Assembly: GCA_964245415.1 (NCBI GenBank)
Contig: CAXTMM010000003.1
Location: 12,854 to 69,734 of the forward strand
Reading direction: 5' to 3'
Length of the DNA: 56,881 nt
DNA from: an uncultured Acidobacteriaceae bacterium
Lineage (GTDB): Bacteria; Acidobacteriota; Terriglobia; Terriglobales; Acidobacteriaceae
Position numbers and translations under genes: made by a program. This document shows, piece after piece, positions 19,341-28,542 of this stretch (position 1 is its first letter; every line of letters begins with the position of its first letter). Below the pieces are notes generated by a model. The model had not been told where the DNA came from, searched no databases, and was given only the letters and a program-made list of their open reading frames with translations.

Positions 19341-20846
19341 CTAGTTGTGTGTATACAGCCGGTAGCCGAAAGGATAGGTAGCGGTGATGCGCGGGTTCCA
19401 GCCCGTCCAGGCACGTTGCTGCGTGAGGGTGTAGTGCGCAGCCAGGTAGCCAGCAAACGCCGGCCACTGGTCGAGCTTCTGGTAGCCGCCAGGCAGGTTG
19501 AGGCACCACTGGTCGGTAACCACAAAGATCGCAGGAGGCGCACGCCTGATCTGCGCCAGGAAGCGCTGCTGCATCGCCTGTTTGACCGGGCTCGGCCCGG
19601 GCGCGAAGAAGTAGCAGTCGTAGAGAAAGCCGGTCGACTGTACCAGCTGCATGCGGTCGAGGACGGTGATGCAGCCGGCCATCGTGTCCATGCATTGGAC
19701 TTTCCCCTGTAGACCGCTGGAAGACGCGGCTGCAGTCAGGTCAGCCTGCAATTGGACGAGAGCCGGCTGGTAGCGCCAATCCGAGCGAAGCGCCTTGGCG
19801 GTCGAGGCGGGGGCGAGCCAGAGCACGCTGTAGGCGACGATGGCCCAGCCGAGCGCTGGTTCGAGATAGCCGCGGCAGCTGTTTGAAAGAGCCTCGGCTA
19901 ACTGCAGCGCCACGAAGAGCCAGAAGAACGCAAGCAATGGGTAGCGATGGTAAGGATAGGCTTTGCCTTGCATGCAGAAGGACAAGAATCCGCAGCCGAT
20001 TGCGAGCAAGGCGAGCTTCTGCTCGAAACGCCGCCATCCTTGCGTGCTGGCCATGATCGCCAGCGACAGCACCACCAATGGGACTAGCTGCGAGGGAATC
20101 GCATGTGCGACAAGAAAGCCGACAGGGTGCCGAGCCATGCCGGCGTGATAGAGGACCAGGCTGCGCGTCAAACCCGCGAACGCCCTAAAGCTGTGCAGGT
20201 ACGACAACCATGCCCAGATAGCGAACAGCGGCATCAGCAAGCCCGCCAGTCCGGCGCCCAGGCGCTTGAGCCATGACGATTGAGAGCACAGCGCCACTAC
20301 CAGCAGCAGCGCAAAAGCGATCGTAGGAGGCTTGATGGTCGCGCAAACTCCACAGCATAGTCCAAAGACAAAAACTTGCCAGACTGCGCCGGTGCGCGCG
20401 CCACGAACCAACAGCGCGCATCCGGCCAGAAGCAGAACAGCGATCAAATAGTCCCGCTGTCCCGCCTGGGCAACGCCGTCACCGATATGCAGGATTGCAA
20501 AGAGCGCAGCGGCGAGCAGCCCTGCGAACAGGCTGCGGGTGCGCAGAAGATCGATCATTGCGAGGCCGGCGACGGCGGTTAGCATGTAATCGAAGAGCCG
20601 CCAGCCGGGCGCGCCTGTGCCGAACACCCGGGTAACCGCCATGTCGGCCAGGTAGCTGCCAGGCATGTTGACGTCGACTATGTCTCGGTAGGGCCGCATG
20701 CCCTGGTGCATGAGCAACACGATATAGTGCATCAGTACGGCATCGCTGATCAGGGGCCACGCGGAGGTTTCGACCAGGAGTAAGGCAACGCAGCCCAGCA
20801 GAACCAGCGCGGCGCCCCACTCGAGGGCTCTCTTTGAGTCGCACAT
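19341..20846 (-). CDS. GT-C-like multi-pass membrane protein (putative polyprenol-phosphate-sugar glycosyltransferase)
   Basis: Asp after TM1 (ISDA), PYRDIVDVNMPG loop, ATIKP motif, many TM helices and a periplasmic C-terminal domain. Confidence 0.7.
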   Translation of the reverse strand: MCDSKRALEWGAALVLLGCVALLLVETSAWPLISDAVLMHYIVLLMHQGMRPYRDIVDVNMPGSYLADMAVTRVFGTGAPGWRLFDYMLTAVAGLAMIDLLRTRSLFAGLLAAALFAILHIGDGVAQAGQRDYLIAVLLLAGCALLVRGARTGAVWQVFVFGLCCGVCATIKPPTIAFALLLVVALCSQSSWLKRLGAGLAGLLMPLFAIWAWLSYLHSFRAFAGLTRSLVLYHAGMARHPVGFLVAHAIPSQLVPLVVLSLAIMASTQGWRRFEQKLALLAIGCGFLSFCMQGKAYPYHRYPLLAFFWLFVALQLAEALSNSCRGYLEPALGWAIVAYSVLWLAPASTAKALRSDWRYQPALVQLQADLTAAASSSGLQGKVQCMDTMAGCITVLDRMQLVQSTGFLYDCYFFAPGPSPVKQAMQQRFLAQIRRAPPAIFVVTDQWCLNLPGGYQKLDQWPAFAGYLAAHYTLTQQRAWTGWNPRITATYPFGYRLYTHN

Positions 20847-21030
20847 TGCCTCAATGTACTGCTAGCTGGGCACCGGGCTTCTAAAATCCAGGCCGCAGCG
20901 GTGAAAGGCAGGGTCGCACCTGAACCAGCCAAACCTAATTTCGATAGGGGTAAAGCTGTATCCCCGGCTGTTGCATGGCATCTGAGCCGTGAAGTACGGT
21001 GATGGCGATTTGCCATGAGGAATCCTCCGA

Positions 21031-22458
21031 ATGTTCGCAAAGCATCTCTCTCGTCGCGATCTCCTGGGCAGGGCTTCGGCCGCTGCAGTGATCGCTGCTG
21101 TTCCCCCGATCTTCTCGCCCGCTCCCGCACGTGCAGAGAGCGTTGCCACTCATCTGCTTACCGACGCTGAAGAGTTTGCCACCTCGGTCGAGAATGCGTT
21201 TTCCTTTCAGAACCTGATGATGGATGCCTACGCGACTGGGCCAACCGTGCGCCTGGCGCAGAGCTACAGCGATGCCGCGCTACACGCGACTGCCTTTACC
21301 TACGACAACGCGGTCGCGATCCACGCCTACCTGGCCAGCGGACTCCCTGAAAACCTCGCGCGGGCCGAGGTGCTGGGCGCCGGCCTACTGTATGCGCAGG
21401 CGAAGAACTTCCCCGTTGCCGACGGCCGCTTTGCGCAGGCTTACTACGTGAACGTGCAGGCGGCGGATGGAAGCGGCGCCTACATTACCCCGGCGGCTTA
21501 CCCGCACTACTTCTACACCACCGCTGTGGGCGACCAGGCCTGGGCTGGTATGGCGCTGGCGCAGCTCTACAAGCGCACCGGCAATAGCTGCTATCTTGCC
21601 GGTGCGCTCGCGGTCGCCAACTGGATCGTCAAGAACACCTACAACACGCAGGGGCCGGGCGGCTTCACCTTCGGAACCAGCATCGATCCCCAAAACCAGT
21701 CCGTACCTTCCCCTAATGGGAAATCGACAGAGCACAATATTGACTCCTGTGCCTTTTTCACCATGCTGAGCAAGCTGACTAAAGGCGGCAGCGCAGGGAA
21801 CGGCATGTCGTGGACGGCGCTTGCGCAGCATGCGGAGGGCTTTGTGATCGCGATGTACCACAGCGCAGGCCCGTACTTTTATACGGGCACGCTCGGCGAC
21901 CAGATCACGATCAACACCTCGCCAATCCCAGAGGATTGCCAGACATGGTCCTACATGGCCGGCCTAAACGTGCACTCCAAGGCGACGATTGACTGGGCGC
22001 TGGCCAACCTGCAAACCACAGATACTGCTTCGGCGCGCAATACAAGCCTGACCGGCAGCGAGAGCGTTCACGGGCTTGTCTTTGACACGGCCAGTCTCTC
22101 TACAACCGGGCAGGGAGATGACCCGAACGCCGTTTGGCTGGAGGGTACGTCGCATGCCATCGCCGCGCTGGTGGCGCGGGTGCTGGCCGGTACTGACCCG
22201 CTCCCAGCGCTGCTTGCCGACCTGACGGAAGCTGTCCGTCTGCTAGGCCAGTGTGTGCGCGTGCAGCAGACGCTTGGGGCTGGACAGACAGCCGGTGGAC
22301 GTGCGATTCCGGCAGGGCTGGGGCTCGTCGCATCCAGCAGCGTCATGGACACCGGCTTCGGCTACACCTATGGACCATCGCTGCATACCGGGGCGACGGG
22401 CTGGTACCTGATTGCAAGCCTGGCCGGGAATCCGTTTCAGCTAGGATATCGAGTGTAG
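21031..22458 (+). CDS. Tat-exported protein, probable (alpha/alpha)6 glycosidase-like fold
   Basis: LSRRDLL Tat leader; helical repeats with TYDNAVA, GDQAW, KSTEHNID, DCQTW and WLEGT. The fold is inferred. Confidence 0.75.
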   Translation: MFAKHLSRRDLLGRASAAAVIAAVPPIFSPAPARAESVATHLLTDAEEFATSVENAFSFQNLMMDAYATGPTVRLAQSYSDAALHATAFTYDNAVAIHAYLASGLPENLARAEVLGAGLLYAQAKNFPVADGRFAQAYYVNVQAADGSGAYITPAAYPHYFYTTAVGDQAWAGMALAQLYKRTGNSCYLAGALAVANWIVKNTYNTQGPGGFTFGTSIDPQNQSVPSPNGKSTEHNIDSCAFFTMLSKLTKGGSAGNGMSWTALAQHAEGFVIAMYHSAGPYFYTGTLGDQITINTSPIPEDCQTWSYMAGLNVHSKATIDWALANLQTTDTASARNTSLTGSESVHGLVFDTASLSTTGQGDDPNAVWLEGTSHAIAALVARVLAGTDPLPALLADLTEAVRLLGQCVRVQQTLGAGQTAGGRAIPAGLGLVASSSVMDTGFGYTYGPSLHTGATGWYLIASLAGNPFQLGYRV

Positions 22459-23626
22459 GGATGGGGCAACACCGCGGGAGCAGACTGTTCGGATCGTAGG
22501 GGCCTATGGAAATGCCGGGGCCGCCGACGAACTGCAACGTGGGGATGCGCTGGTCGACATCGGGCAGCGGCGGAAACGGCAGGTGCGGCTCGGCCTGGTA
22601 CCAGTAAGCGACCGAGTAGAAGTTGTCCGACCGGTGGTTAGCGTGGCCGTGCTCGATTGAGGCTCGCATTGATCTGGTGAAAGGGATCGGCGAGTCGAAG
22701 TGGAAGCGGTACATGCTCGAGCGCTCGCCGGCCAGCTCCTTGCCGACCATGGGCGCGCCGTGGAGCAGGTACTCCTGTGAGCCGCCGAAGTTCCACGCGC
22801 CCAGGAAGTAGTCTTCACTTCCGGTACCAACCATCGTCGGCGCCTCGCCGTCGATCTGAAACATATCATTGCCTTCGCCCCACCATCCATCCTGATTTTG
22901 GAGGACGGAAAAGGTCACTCCGACGAACTGACCGTGTCCCTTGGCTTCAAACCACTCGTAGTTATCCTTGCCGTCGAGGTTGCGCCGGTAGTTCACGATC
23001 GGGTCGCCGTTCTCGTACCAGTTGCCGGTCCATCCGTGAGTGGGCTGCGCCTGGCGATACGTGGCGTGAAAGTAGAGGGAATCGGCAGGCAGAGGCTCGG
23101 CGTTCACGCGGTAGTCGATGTTCCAGTAAAGATGGTTGAGCTCCTGCTTACCCTCATCGGTAACGGTGATGCGGGCGTGGTGAGCATACGGCATAGGAAA
23201 GTAACTGTTGAGCGCCTTGTCGCCGCCGGCCGAGAGCATCAGCGACTCCCAGTGGTAATACAGACCATTGCCAAGACCGAAGAAGTCGCCGATCGGCGTC
23301 TCGACGCTCGGGCTGGTTTCCCCGTCCCAGTACATGCGCAGCACGATGCGCTTCAGCGCATAGGGCTCTCCATCGTCAAGCGTGAACCAGATGTGCGAAA
23401 TCATGCCCGGTCCGTCGACATCGAGCACAGTAAGCGTCTGCCCCGGCGTCACAGTTCGCGCGTCGGCATTGGCGCCGGTCTCTTCCCGCGAGGAAGACCG
23501 GTGGAGGGTGTAGGTCTGCTGGCGGGTAGGGTCGGGCAGCCAGGTAGAGCTTTGCGCGGAGAGTGCGGCCGCGGTGAGGGCGAGCAGGGCTAAGAGCGAT
23601 CGTTCGAATGCGGGCCGAATGCGCAT
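22343..23626 (-). CDS. DUF2961 / GH172 family glycoside hydrolase, exported
   Basis: GPGMISHIWFT, LRMYWDGE, PIGDFFG, NSYFPMPY, WWGEG, GTGSEDYF, IEHGHAN and SVAYWYQ. ATG at 23626 with AAGGAG SD and a signal peptide. Confidence 0.9.
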   Translation of the reverse strand: MRIRPAFERSLLALLALTAAALSAQSSTWLPDPTRQQTYTLHRSSSREETGANADARTVTPGQTLTVLDVDGPGMISHIWFTLDDGEPYALKRIVLRMYWDGETSPSVETPIGDFFGLGNGLYYHWESLMLSAGGDKALNSYFPMPYAHHARITVTDEGKQELNHLYWNIDYRVNAEPLPADSLYFHATYRQAQPTHGWTGNWYENGDPIVNYRRNLDGKDNYEWFEAKGHGQFVGVTFSVLQNQDGWWGEGNDMFQIDGEAPTMVGTGSEDYFLGAWNFGGSQEYLLHGAPMVGKELAGERSSMYRFHFDSPIPFTRSMRASIEHGHANHRSDNFYSVAYWYQAEPHLPFPPLPDVDQRIPTLQFVGGPGISIGPYDPNSLLPRCCPIPTLDILAETDSRPGLQSGTSPSPRYAAMVHRCSRSRCP

Positions 23627-23783
23627 GGGGGAGCTCCTTTGCGGCGGTGCAGTCACTATGAGCAGACGATACAGGGGATGAGCGATGGCCGTGCAGCCGA
23701 GCGTGGCCAAGCGGAAGAAGGCGCTTTTGCTTGAGGTATACTGACTGGTGTTGTAACTCATGCACAACGAAGCAGGAAGCTCA

Positions 23784-23981
23784 ATGCCAAAGTTGAAGAC
23801 CCACAAGGGCGCTGCGAAGCGCTTTAAAAAGACCGGAACCGGCAAAATTGTCCGGGGCCAGGCGACGATGCGCCACATCCTGACCTCGAAAGAGACCAAG
23901 ACCAAGCGCAAGCTGGCCCACAGCGCGCTCGTCTCGGACGCCGACTACAAGAAGGTCGCACGGATGATTCCTTACGCCTGA
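23784..23981 (+). CDS. rpmI: 50S ribosomal protein L35
   Basis: [21 protein letters not shown]...HILTSK...MIPYA. Confidence 0.97.
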   Translation: MPKLKTHKGAAKRFKKTGTGKIVRGQATMRHILTSKETKTKRKLAHSALVSDADYKKVARMIPYA

Positions 23982-24167
23982 TCCGTTCTGATAGGAGCGA
24001 GGGCCGCGCAAAGCGTTTGCGCATGAGAGCCCCCGGCCCTTCTCAAGGGCCGAGTGATTCAGGTACGAAGCGAGTGAAGAGGTCTTAAAGATTGACGGCT
24101 GTTGCGAAACGCCGCAATCCCCCTGCCTCCAGCCGCACAACGAAAGACGCAAAAGGGAGCCAAGACT

Positions 24168-24539
24168 ATGCCACGCGTAAAACGTGGAACAAAACGCAAC
24201 GATCGCCGCAAGAAGATTCTCAAGCGGGCGAGTGGATACTTTCTTACCAAGAGCAAGCTGTACCAGGCGGCACAGGAAGCTGTCGAGCGCGGACTCAAGT
24301 TTGCCTACAGCGGACGCAAGCAGAAGAAGCGGCAGTATCGCTCGCTCTGGATCGTACGCATCAACGCGGCGGCCAAGCTTAACGGCATCAGCTATTCGCT
24401 TTTGATCAACGGGTTGAAGAAGGCGGGGGTGGAACTCGATCGCAAGATGCTGGCTGACCTCGCGGTCCGGGACGAGCAGGGTTTTGCGGCACTGGTGGTT
24501 CAGGCTAGGACCGCCCTGGGGCACTCTGCCACAGCTTAG
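24168..24539 (+). CDS. rplT: 50S ribosomal protein L20
   Basis: MPRVKRG...[19 protein letters not shown]...[11 protein letters not shown]; GGGAG SD. Confidence 0.97.
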   Translation: MPRVKRGTKRNDRRKKILKRASGYFLTKSKLYQAAQEAVERGLKFAYSGRKQKKRQYRSLWIVRINAAAKLNGISYSLLINGLKKAGVELDRKMLADLAVRDEQGFAALVVQARTALGHSATA

Positions 24540-24556
24540 TGCCTGGTGCAAGCTGG

Positions 24557-24586
24557 AAAGCGCGCTCTTCTTGGGCGCGCTTTTTG
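24557..24586 (+). terminator. Terminator after rplT
   Basis: AAAGCGCGCTC-ttctt-GGGCGCGCTTT followed by TTG. Confidence 0.8.
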
Positions 24587-24699
24587 CTATCCGCACTACG
24601 CATCAACATTGCCTGAACCCATGACTCAACACGAGACGCAGGACGGGCGGCCGATGACTCCCTTTAAGAGTTTCTCTAAAAGGTCGCTGGTCACTGCTT

Positions 24700-25242
24700 T
24701 TACTGAGTGGCGCGCTGCCAATACTGAAAGGTCTCGGGCGTGATCCGGCGTTTACCTTGCAGTTCATCTTTGTAGATTATCTCGAGCACGGCGAAAAGCG
24801 CGGCGCTCTCCTGTTCGAGACCCAGCAGGTGAAGGCTGCGCAAGATGCGGGTAAGACGCAGGTGATTGTGGTTATGCAGGGTGAGCCAGTTGCCGGTGCG
24901 CAAAGGGAATGAGGCAGAAGGCATGACCGTTCCATCCGGGCCGAGAGTGAACCCGTAGAAGCTCAGCATGCGCAGCCATGCGGCGCGCAGACGGCTGCGT
25001 AGAGCTTCAGACTTGCCGAAGGCCTCGATTAGCGCTGGAGTCAGTATAGGAGCAAAAGGGTTGAAGCTGCTGGTCTCGGGCAGTGGGAAGAGCCACTGTA
25101 TGTAGTCGTGGACGCCCTCGAGCAGGGCGTCGGACCAGGCAAGGATACCTGCATGGGTGCGGCCCTGCACATCCCGACCCTCGCCGGTGTAGAAGGCCAG
25201 CAGCAGGTCTTCACTTCGAGAAGCAATGTGGGAGTCCGCCAT
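24700..25242 (-). CDS. Opioid growth factor receptor (OGFr_N) domain protein
   Basis: LEGVHDYIQWLFP, RMLSFYG, NHNHLRLTRILRSL and terminal YW match the OGFr conserved region. Start moved to 25242 to avoid overlap with murJ. Confidence 0.88.
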   Translation of the reverse strand: MADSHIASRSEDLLLAFYTGEGRDVQGRTHAGILAWSDALLEGVHDYIQWLFPLPETSSFNPFAPILTPALIEAFGKSEALRSRLRAAWLRMLSFYGFTLGPDGTVMPSASFPLRTGNWLTLHNHNHLRLTRILRSLHLLGLEQESAALFAVLEIIYKDELQGKRRITPETFQYWQRATQ

Positions 25243-25306
25243 GCTTCTCTTGGATGCTGTCCAGACGAAAGGCTCTCTCGGTCCGCGGGCGATAGAATCA
25301 ACTGGC

Positions 25307-26926
25307 ATGCCCCAGCAGTCCCCTTACGCCGGGCCCCAGGTCTGGCAACGCGCACTTCAGGTACTACGGCCCTCCCACAGCCATACTGCCTTTACGGCTA
25401 CGCTGCTGCTCTCCTTCGTGGCCCTGCTGTCAAAGGTCATCAGCCTGGTGCGGGTCAAGTACATCGCGCATGTGCTCGGGCGCACTGCCGCCGCGGACGC
25501 ATTCAACGCGATGTTCCAGCTGCCCGATACGATCTCCTACTTTCTGATCGGCGGCGCGACCTCCGTCACCTTCGTGACCATGCTGACGCGCTACCGAGAG
25601 GCCGGGCACGAGGCGGAGGGTGAAGAAGCGCTCTCGGTCATCTTCACGACCATGATGCTGGTGCTCTCGACGGCCATTGTGCTGGCCGAGATACTTGCGC
25701 CGTTATATGTGCGGGTCGCGTTTCCCGGCTTCCTCAAGGATCCCGCTAAGTTCGCGCTCTGCGTGCACCTAACGCGGATCATCCTGCCGGGTCAGGTCTT
25801 CTTCTTTGGCGGCGGTATCTTCGCGGCATTCCTGCTGGCGCGCAAGCAGTTCACCCTGCAAGCCTTCGCCCCGCTGATCTACAACGCCGGCATGATCGTC
25901 GGCGGGGTGGCTCTGTTCCGCTGGCTGGGGGTGTCGTCGATCGCCTGGGGCGGCCTCGCCGGAGTCATCCTGGGGCCCTTTGCGGTGAACGGCTGGGCGG
26001 CCTGGCGCGCTGGCATGCACCTGCGGCTTCGGCTCGATTGGCACAGCCGCGGCCTGCGCGAGTGGGTGCGCTTGACCCTGCCTCTGATCCTTGGCTTCTC
26101 GCTGGTCACGGTTGACTCATGGATCATCAGCCACTTTGCCTCGCAGATCGGCGGCGCTGTCTCGCTGCTCCAGTACGCGAAGCAGCTCTTCAGCGTGCCG
26201 CAGTCACTGGGGCAGGCTGCGGGCGCGGCCTCGCTGCCCTTTCTGGCTTCCCTCTACAGCCGGAAAGATAGTGCCGGCGCGACCGACCGACAACCCTTTG
26301 CGCGATCGGTGAACGAGTCGGTCTCGCGGATCGCCGCTATGTCACTGCTGCTGAGTGCCTGGATGATCGCGATGGGCGGACCGGCAGTGGACCTGGTTTT
26401 TCGCGGCGGCCTGTTCAGGCGGACAGATGCGCAGGCAATGGCGCTTTACTTCGGTATCTTTTCTATCTCGCTCTGCTTCTGGTCCGCGCAGGCGATCTAT
26501 GCTCGAGCGTTCTATGCGACAGGGAATACCGTGACGCCCATGGTTGCGGCTTCAGCGGTCACGCTCGCATCGCTCCCACTGTATGCGCTGTTGTTCCGGC
26601 TGCATGGCCCGATGGGGTTGGCGATTGCATCCGATGTCGGGATCACAGTCCAGGCAGCAGTGTTTGCCGTGCTGCTCGACAGGCGAGGGCTGGTGCCGCT
26701 GCGCGGCCTGAACTGGAAGGAGCTGGCGCGGTCGGCCGTGACGATGGGGCTAAGTTTCCTCGCCCTCGTCGTTCTGCGCCGCATAAGCCCGCACGCAGCG
26801 TCGCGACCGGGTGAACTGGCGCTGCTGGTGGGAAGCCTGGTAGTGTGGGGCGGGATATGCGTCTCTGCCTTGCAGATCACCGGCTCGGCGCTGCCCCGGC
26901 AGCTGATGACGCGCTTTCGGCGCTAG
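25307..26926 (+). CDS. murJ: Lipid II flippase MurJ (MviN)
   Basis: LLSKVISLVR, ADAFNAMFQLPD, APLIYN, RAFYATGNTVTP and GLAIA; multi-pass membrane protein. Confidence 0.92.
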   Translation: MPQQSPYAGPQVWQRALQVLRPSHSHTAFTATLLLSFVALLSKVISLVRVKYIAHVLGRTAAADAFNAMFQLPDTISYFLIGGATSVTFVTMLTRYREAGHEAEGEEALSVIFTTMMLVLSTAIVLAEILAPLYVRVAFPGFLKDPAKFALCVHLTRIILPGQVFFFGGGIFAAFLLARKQFTLQAFAPLIYNAGMIVGGVALFRWLGVSSIAWGGLAGVILGPFAVNGWAAWRAGMHLRLRLDWHSRGLREWVRLTLPLILGFSLVTVDSWIISHFASQIGGAVSLLQYAKQLFSVPQSLGQAAGAASLPFLASLYSRKDSAGATDRQPFARSVNESVSRIAAMSLLLSAWMIAMGGPAVDLVFRGGLFRRTDAQAMALYFGIFSISLCFWSAQAIYARAFYATGNTVTPMVAASAVTLASLPLYALLFRLHGPMGLAIASDVGITVQAAVFAVLLDRRGLVPLRGLNWKELARSAVTMGLSFLALVVLRRISPHAASRPGELALLVGSLVVWGGICVSALQITGSALPRQLMTRFRR

Positions 26927-26958
26927 CCATATCGACCTGATATCGAGCGAGAAAACCT

Positions 26959-27210
26959 ATGAAAACCTATCCACTGGAACAGGCGCTTCGTGCGCAGAAG
27001 GCTTTGCGGGATGCTGCCGGGCTTGAGCGGGAGATGTTTCTGGTCGAGGCGTTCTTCGGCATGATCTGCGATGAGATTGACGCGTTGCGAGCCCAAGGCA
27101 GGAGCGATGCCGAGATGGCGGCGCTGGTCGGGGAGAGCTCGAGTATTTCGTTAACCGCCGAGGAGATTGCAGAGCATTATGCGCTGCCCGAAGAGCGTCA
27201 CCCACGCTAG
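26959..27210 (+). CDS. Hypothetical protein (83 aa)
   Basis: ATG-initiated helical ORF immediately after murJ with protein-like composition. Confidence 0.75.
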   Translation: MKTYPLEQALRAQKALRDAAGLEREMFLVEAFFGMICDEIDALRAQGRSDAEMAALVGESSSISLTAEEIAEHYALPEERHPR

Positions 27211-27249
27211 GCTGACTGACTCCCCGCCCAAGCCAGACACCGCAGGGGT

Positions 27250-28455
27250 TCAGGCAGCCCGCGAGCCGGCTTCCTGCAGCGTCAGCTTTACGGTCATTCG
27301 CTTGCGTCCGCGATAGAAGGTGATCGTGACCGCGTCCCCGGCCTGGTGGTGGTCCATCTGATCGGCGATGTCTTCCTGGGTCACAGTTTCCTTGCCGTCA
27401 ATGGCCACGATCAGGTCGCCGCCGATCAGGATCTGGTTCTGACCCAGGTAAGCAGACTCAGTGCCTCCCTTGAGGCCGGCCTCCTGCGCCGCGCCGCCGG
27501 GGATAACCTGCTCGATCAGTACGCCTGACACCGCGGCTAGGCCCATCTGCTCAGCCAATTCGGGCCCGATAGGGAGCGAGCGAATGCCGAGAGTGGGACG
27601 CCGGGAATGGCCATACTTCTGGAAGTCGTTGAGCACAGCCTTGACCGTGTCGATCGGGATGGCAAAGCCGATGCCGGCGCTCTGATCGACCTGCTGGTTC
27701 GGGTTGGTGGCGATCATCGAGTTGATCCCGATCACCTCGCCACGCGAGTTAAGCAGTGGGCCGCCGGAGTTGCCGGGATTGATCGCCGCATCGGTCTGGA
27801 TGGCGTTCTCGATCTGCCCACCCTGGGGGCCGCGCACCGAGCGGATAGCGCTAATGATGCCGGTCGTCATGGTGCCGTTCAAACCAAAGGGATTGCCGAT
27901 CGCGAAGACCTTCTGACCCGGGATCAGGTCACGCGATTGCGCGAGTATGACCGGGGTAAGCGCGGCTGCGCCGTCAATCTGCAGCAGCGCCAGATCATGG
28001 CGCTGGTCCTTGCCGATCACCCGGGCCTTGTAGCGGTGCTTGTCCATGGTCTGGACTTCAACGTTCTGCGCGTCGGCGATGACGTGGTAGTTGGTTGCGA
28101 TATGGCCCTGGTGATCAAGAATAAAGCCCGATCCCTGGCCCTGCTGTGGGACTGTTCCGTAGAAGAAGTCGAAGCCGACCGAGGTCGAGGTAATGTTCAC
28201 GACCGAGGGCGAGACATGCCTGTAGACCGAGATATTGTTGAGTTCTTCGGCGTCGTACTCGGGGGCGGCATGGGCCTCGGTGAGCGTGAGCGGAGAGCTC
28301 GAACGTTCTGGCGCGAGGTGGCCGAAGTCGAGGGCGCTGCTGAGTACATGAGGGCTGCGGATTGGCGCAGGCATGCCGAAAGGATCACGGGTGTTGGCGT
28401 AGTACCAGACGCCGCCCACGATGGCGAGGATAAGGACAAGTCTACGAAGCGTCAT
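27250..28455 (-). CDS. HtrA/DegP-like trypsin serine protease with one PDZ domain
   Basis: GSGFI, TNYHV, DLALL and IQTDAAINPGNSGGPL; C-terminal PDZ; N-terminal TM anchor. Confidence 0.95.
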   Translation of the reverse strand: MTLRRLVLILAIVGGVWYYANTRDPFGMPAPIRSPHVLSSALDFGHLAPERSSSPLTLTEAHAAPEYDAEELNNISVYRHVSPSVVNITSTSVGFDFFYGTVPQQGQGSGFILDHQGHIATNYHVIADAQNVEVQTMDKHRYKARVIGKDQRHDLALLQIDGAAALTPVILAQSRDLIPGQKVFAIGNPFGLNGTMTTGIISAIRSVRGPQGGQIENAIQTDAAINPGNSGGPLLNSRGEVIGINSMIATNPNQQVDQSAGIGFAIPIDTVKAVLNDFQKYGHSRRPTLGIRSLPIGPELAEQMGLAAVSGVLIEQVIPGGAAQEAGLKGGTESAYLGQNQILIGGDLIVAIDGKETVTQEDIADQMDHHQAGDAVTITFYRGRKRMTVKLTLQEAGSRAA

Positions 28456-28542
28456 AAAATGCGATTCCAGGGTGACTGTCGCCTCTTACCGAGGCGGGCT
28501 GCAGCAAAAGGCCGAACGAACAACAACCCTATTTTCTCATTG

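Noticed and set aside
20920-21020. Resemblance to a c-di-GMP-I riboswitch (GCCAAACC...GGGGTAAAGC) upstream of the Tat gene
   Set aside because: No GNRA tetraloop or receptor and no convincing second stem; an Rfam cmscan would settle it.
23627-23911. 95-aa N-terminal extension of the GH172 ORF
   Set aside because: It overlaps rpmI on the other strand; the SD and signal peptide point to the ATG at 23626.
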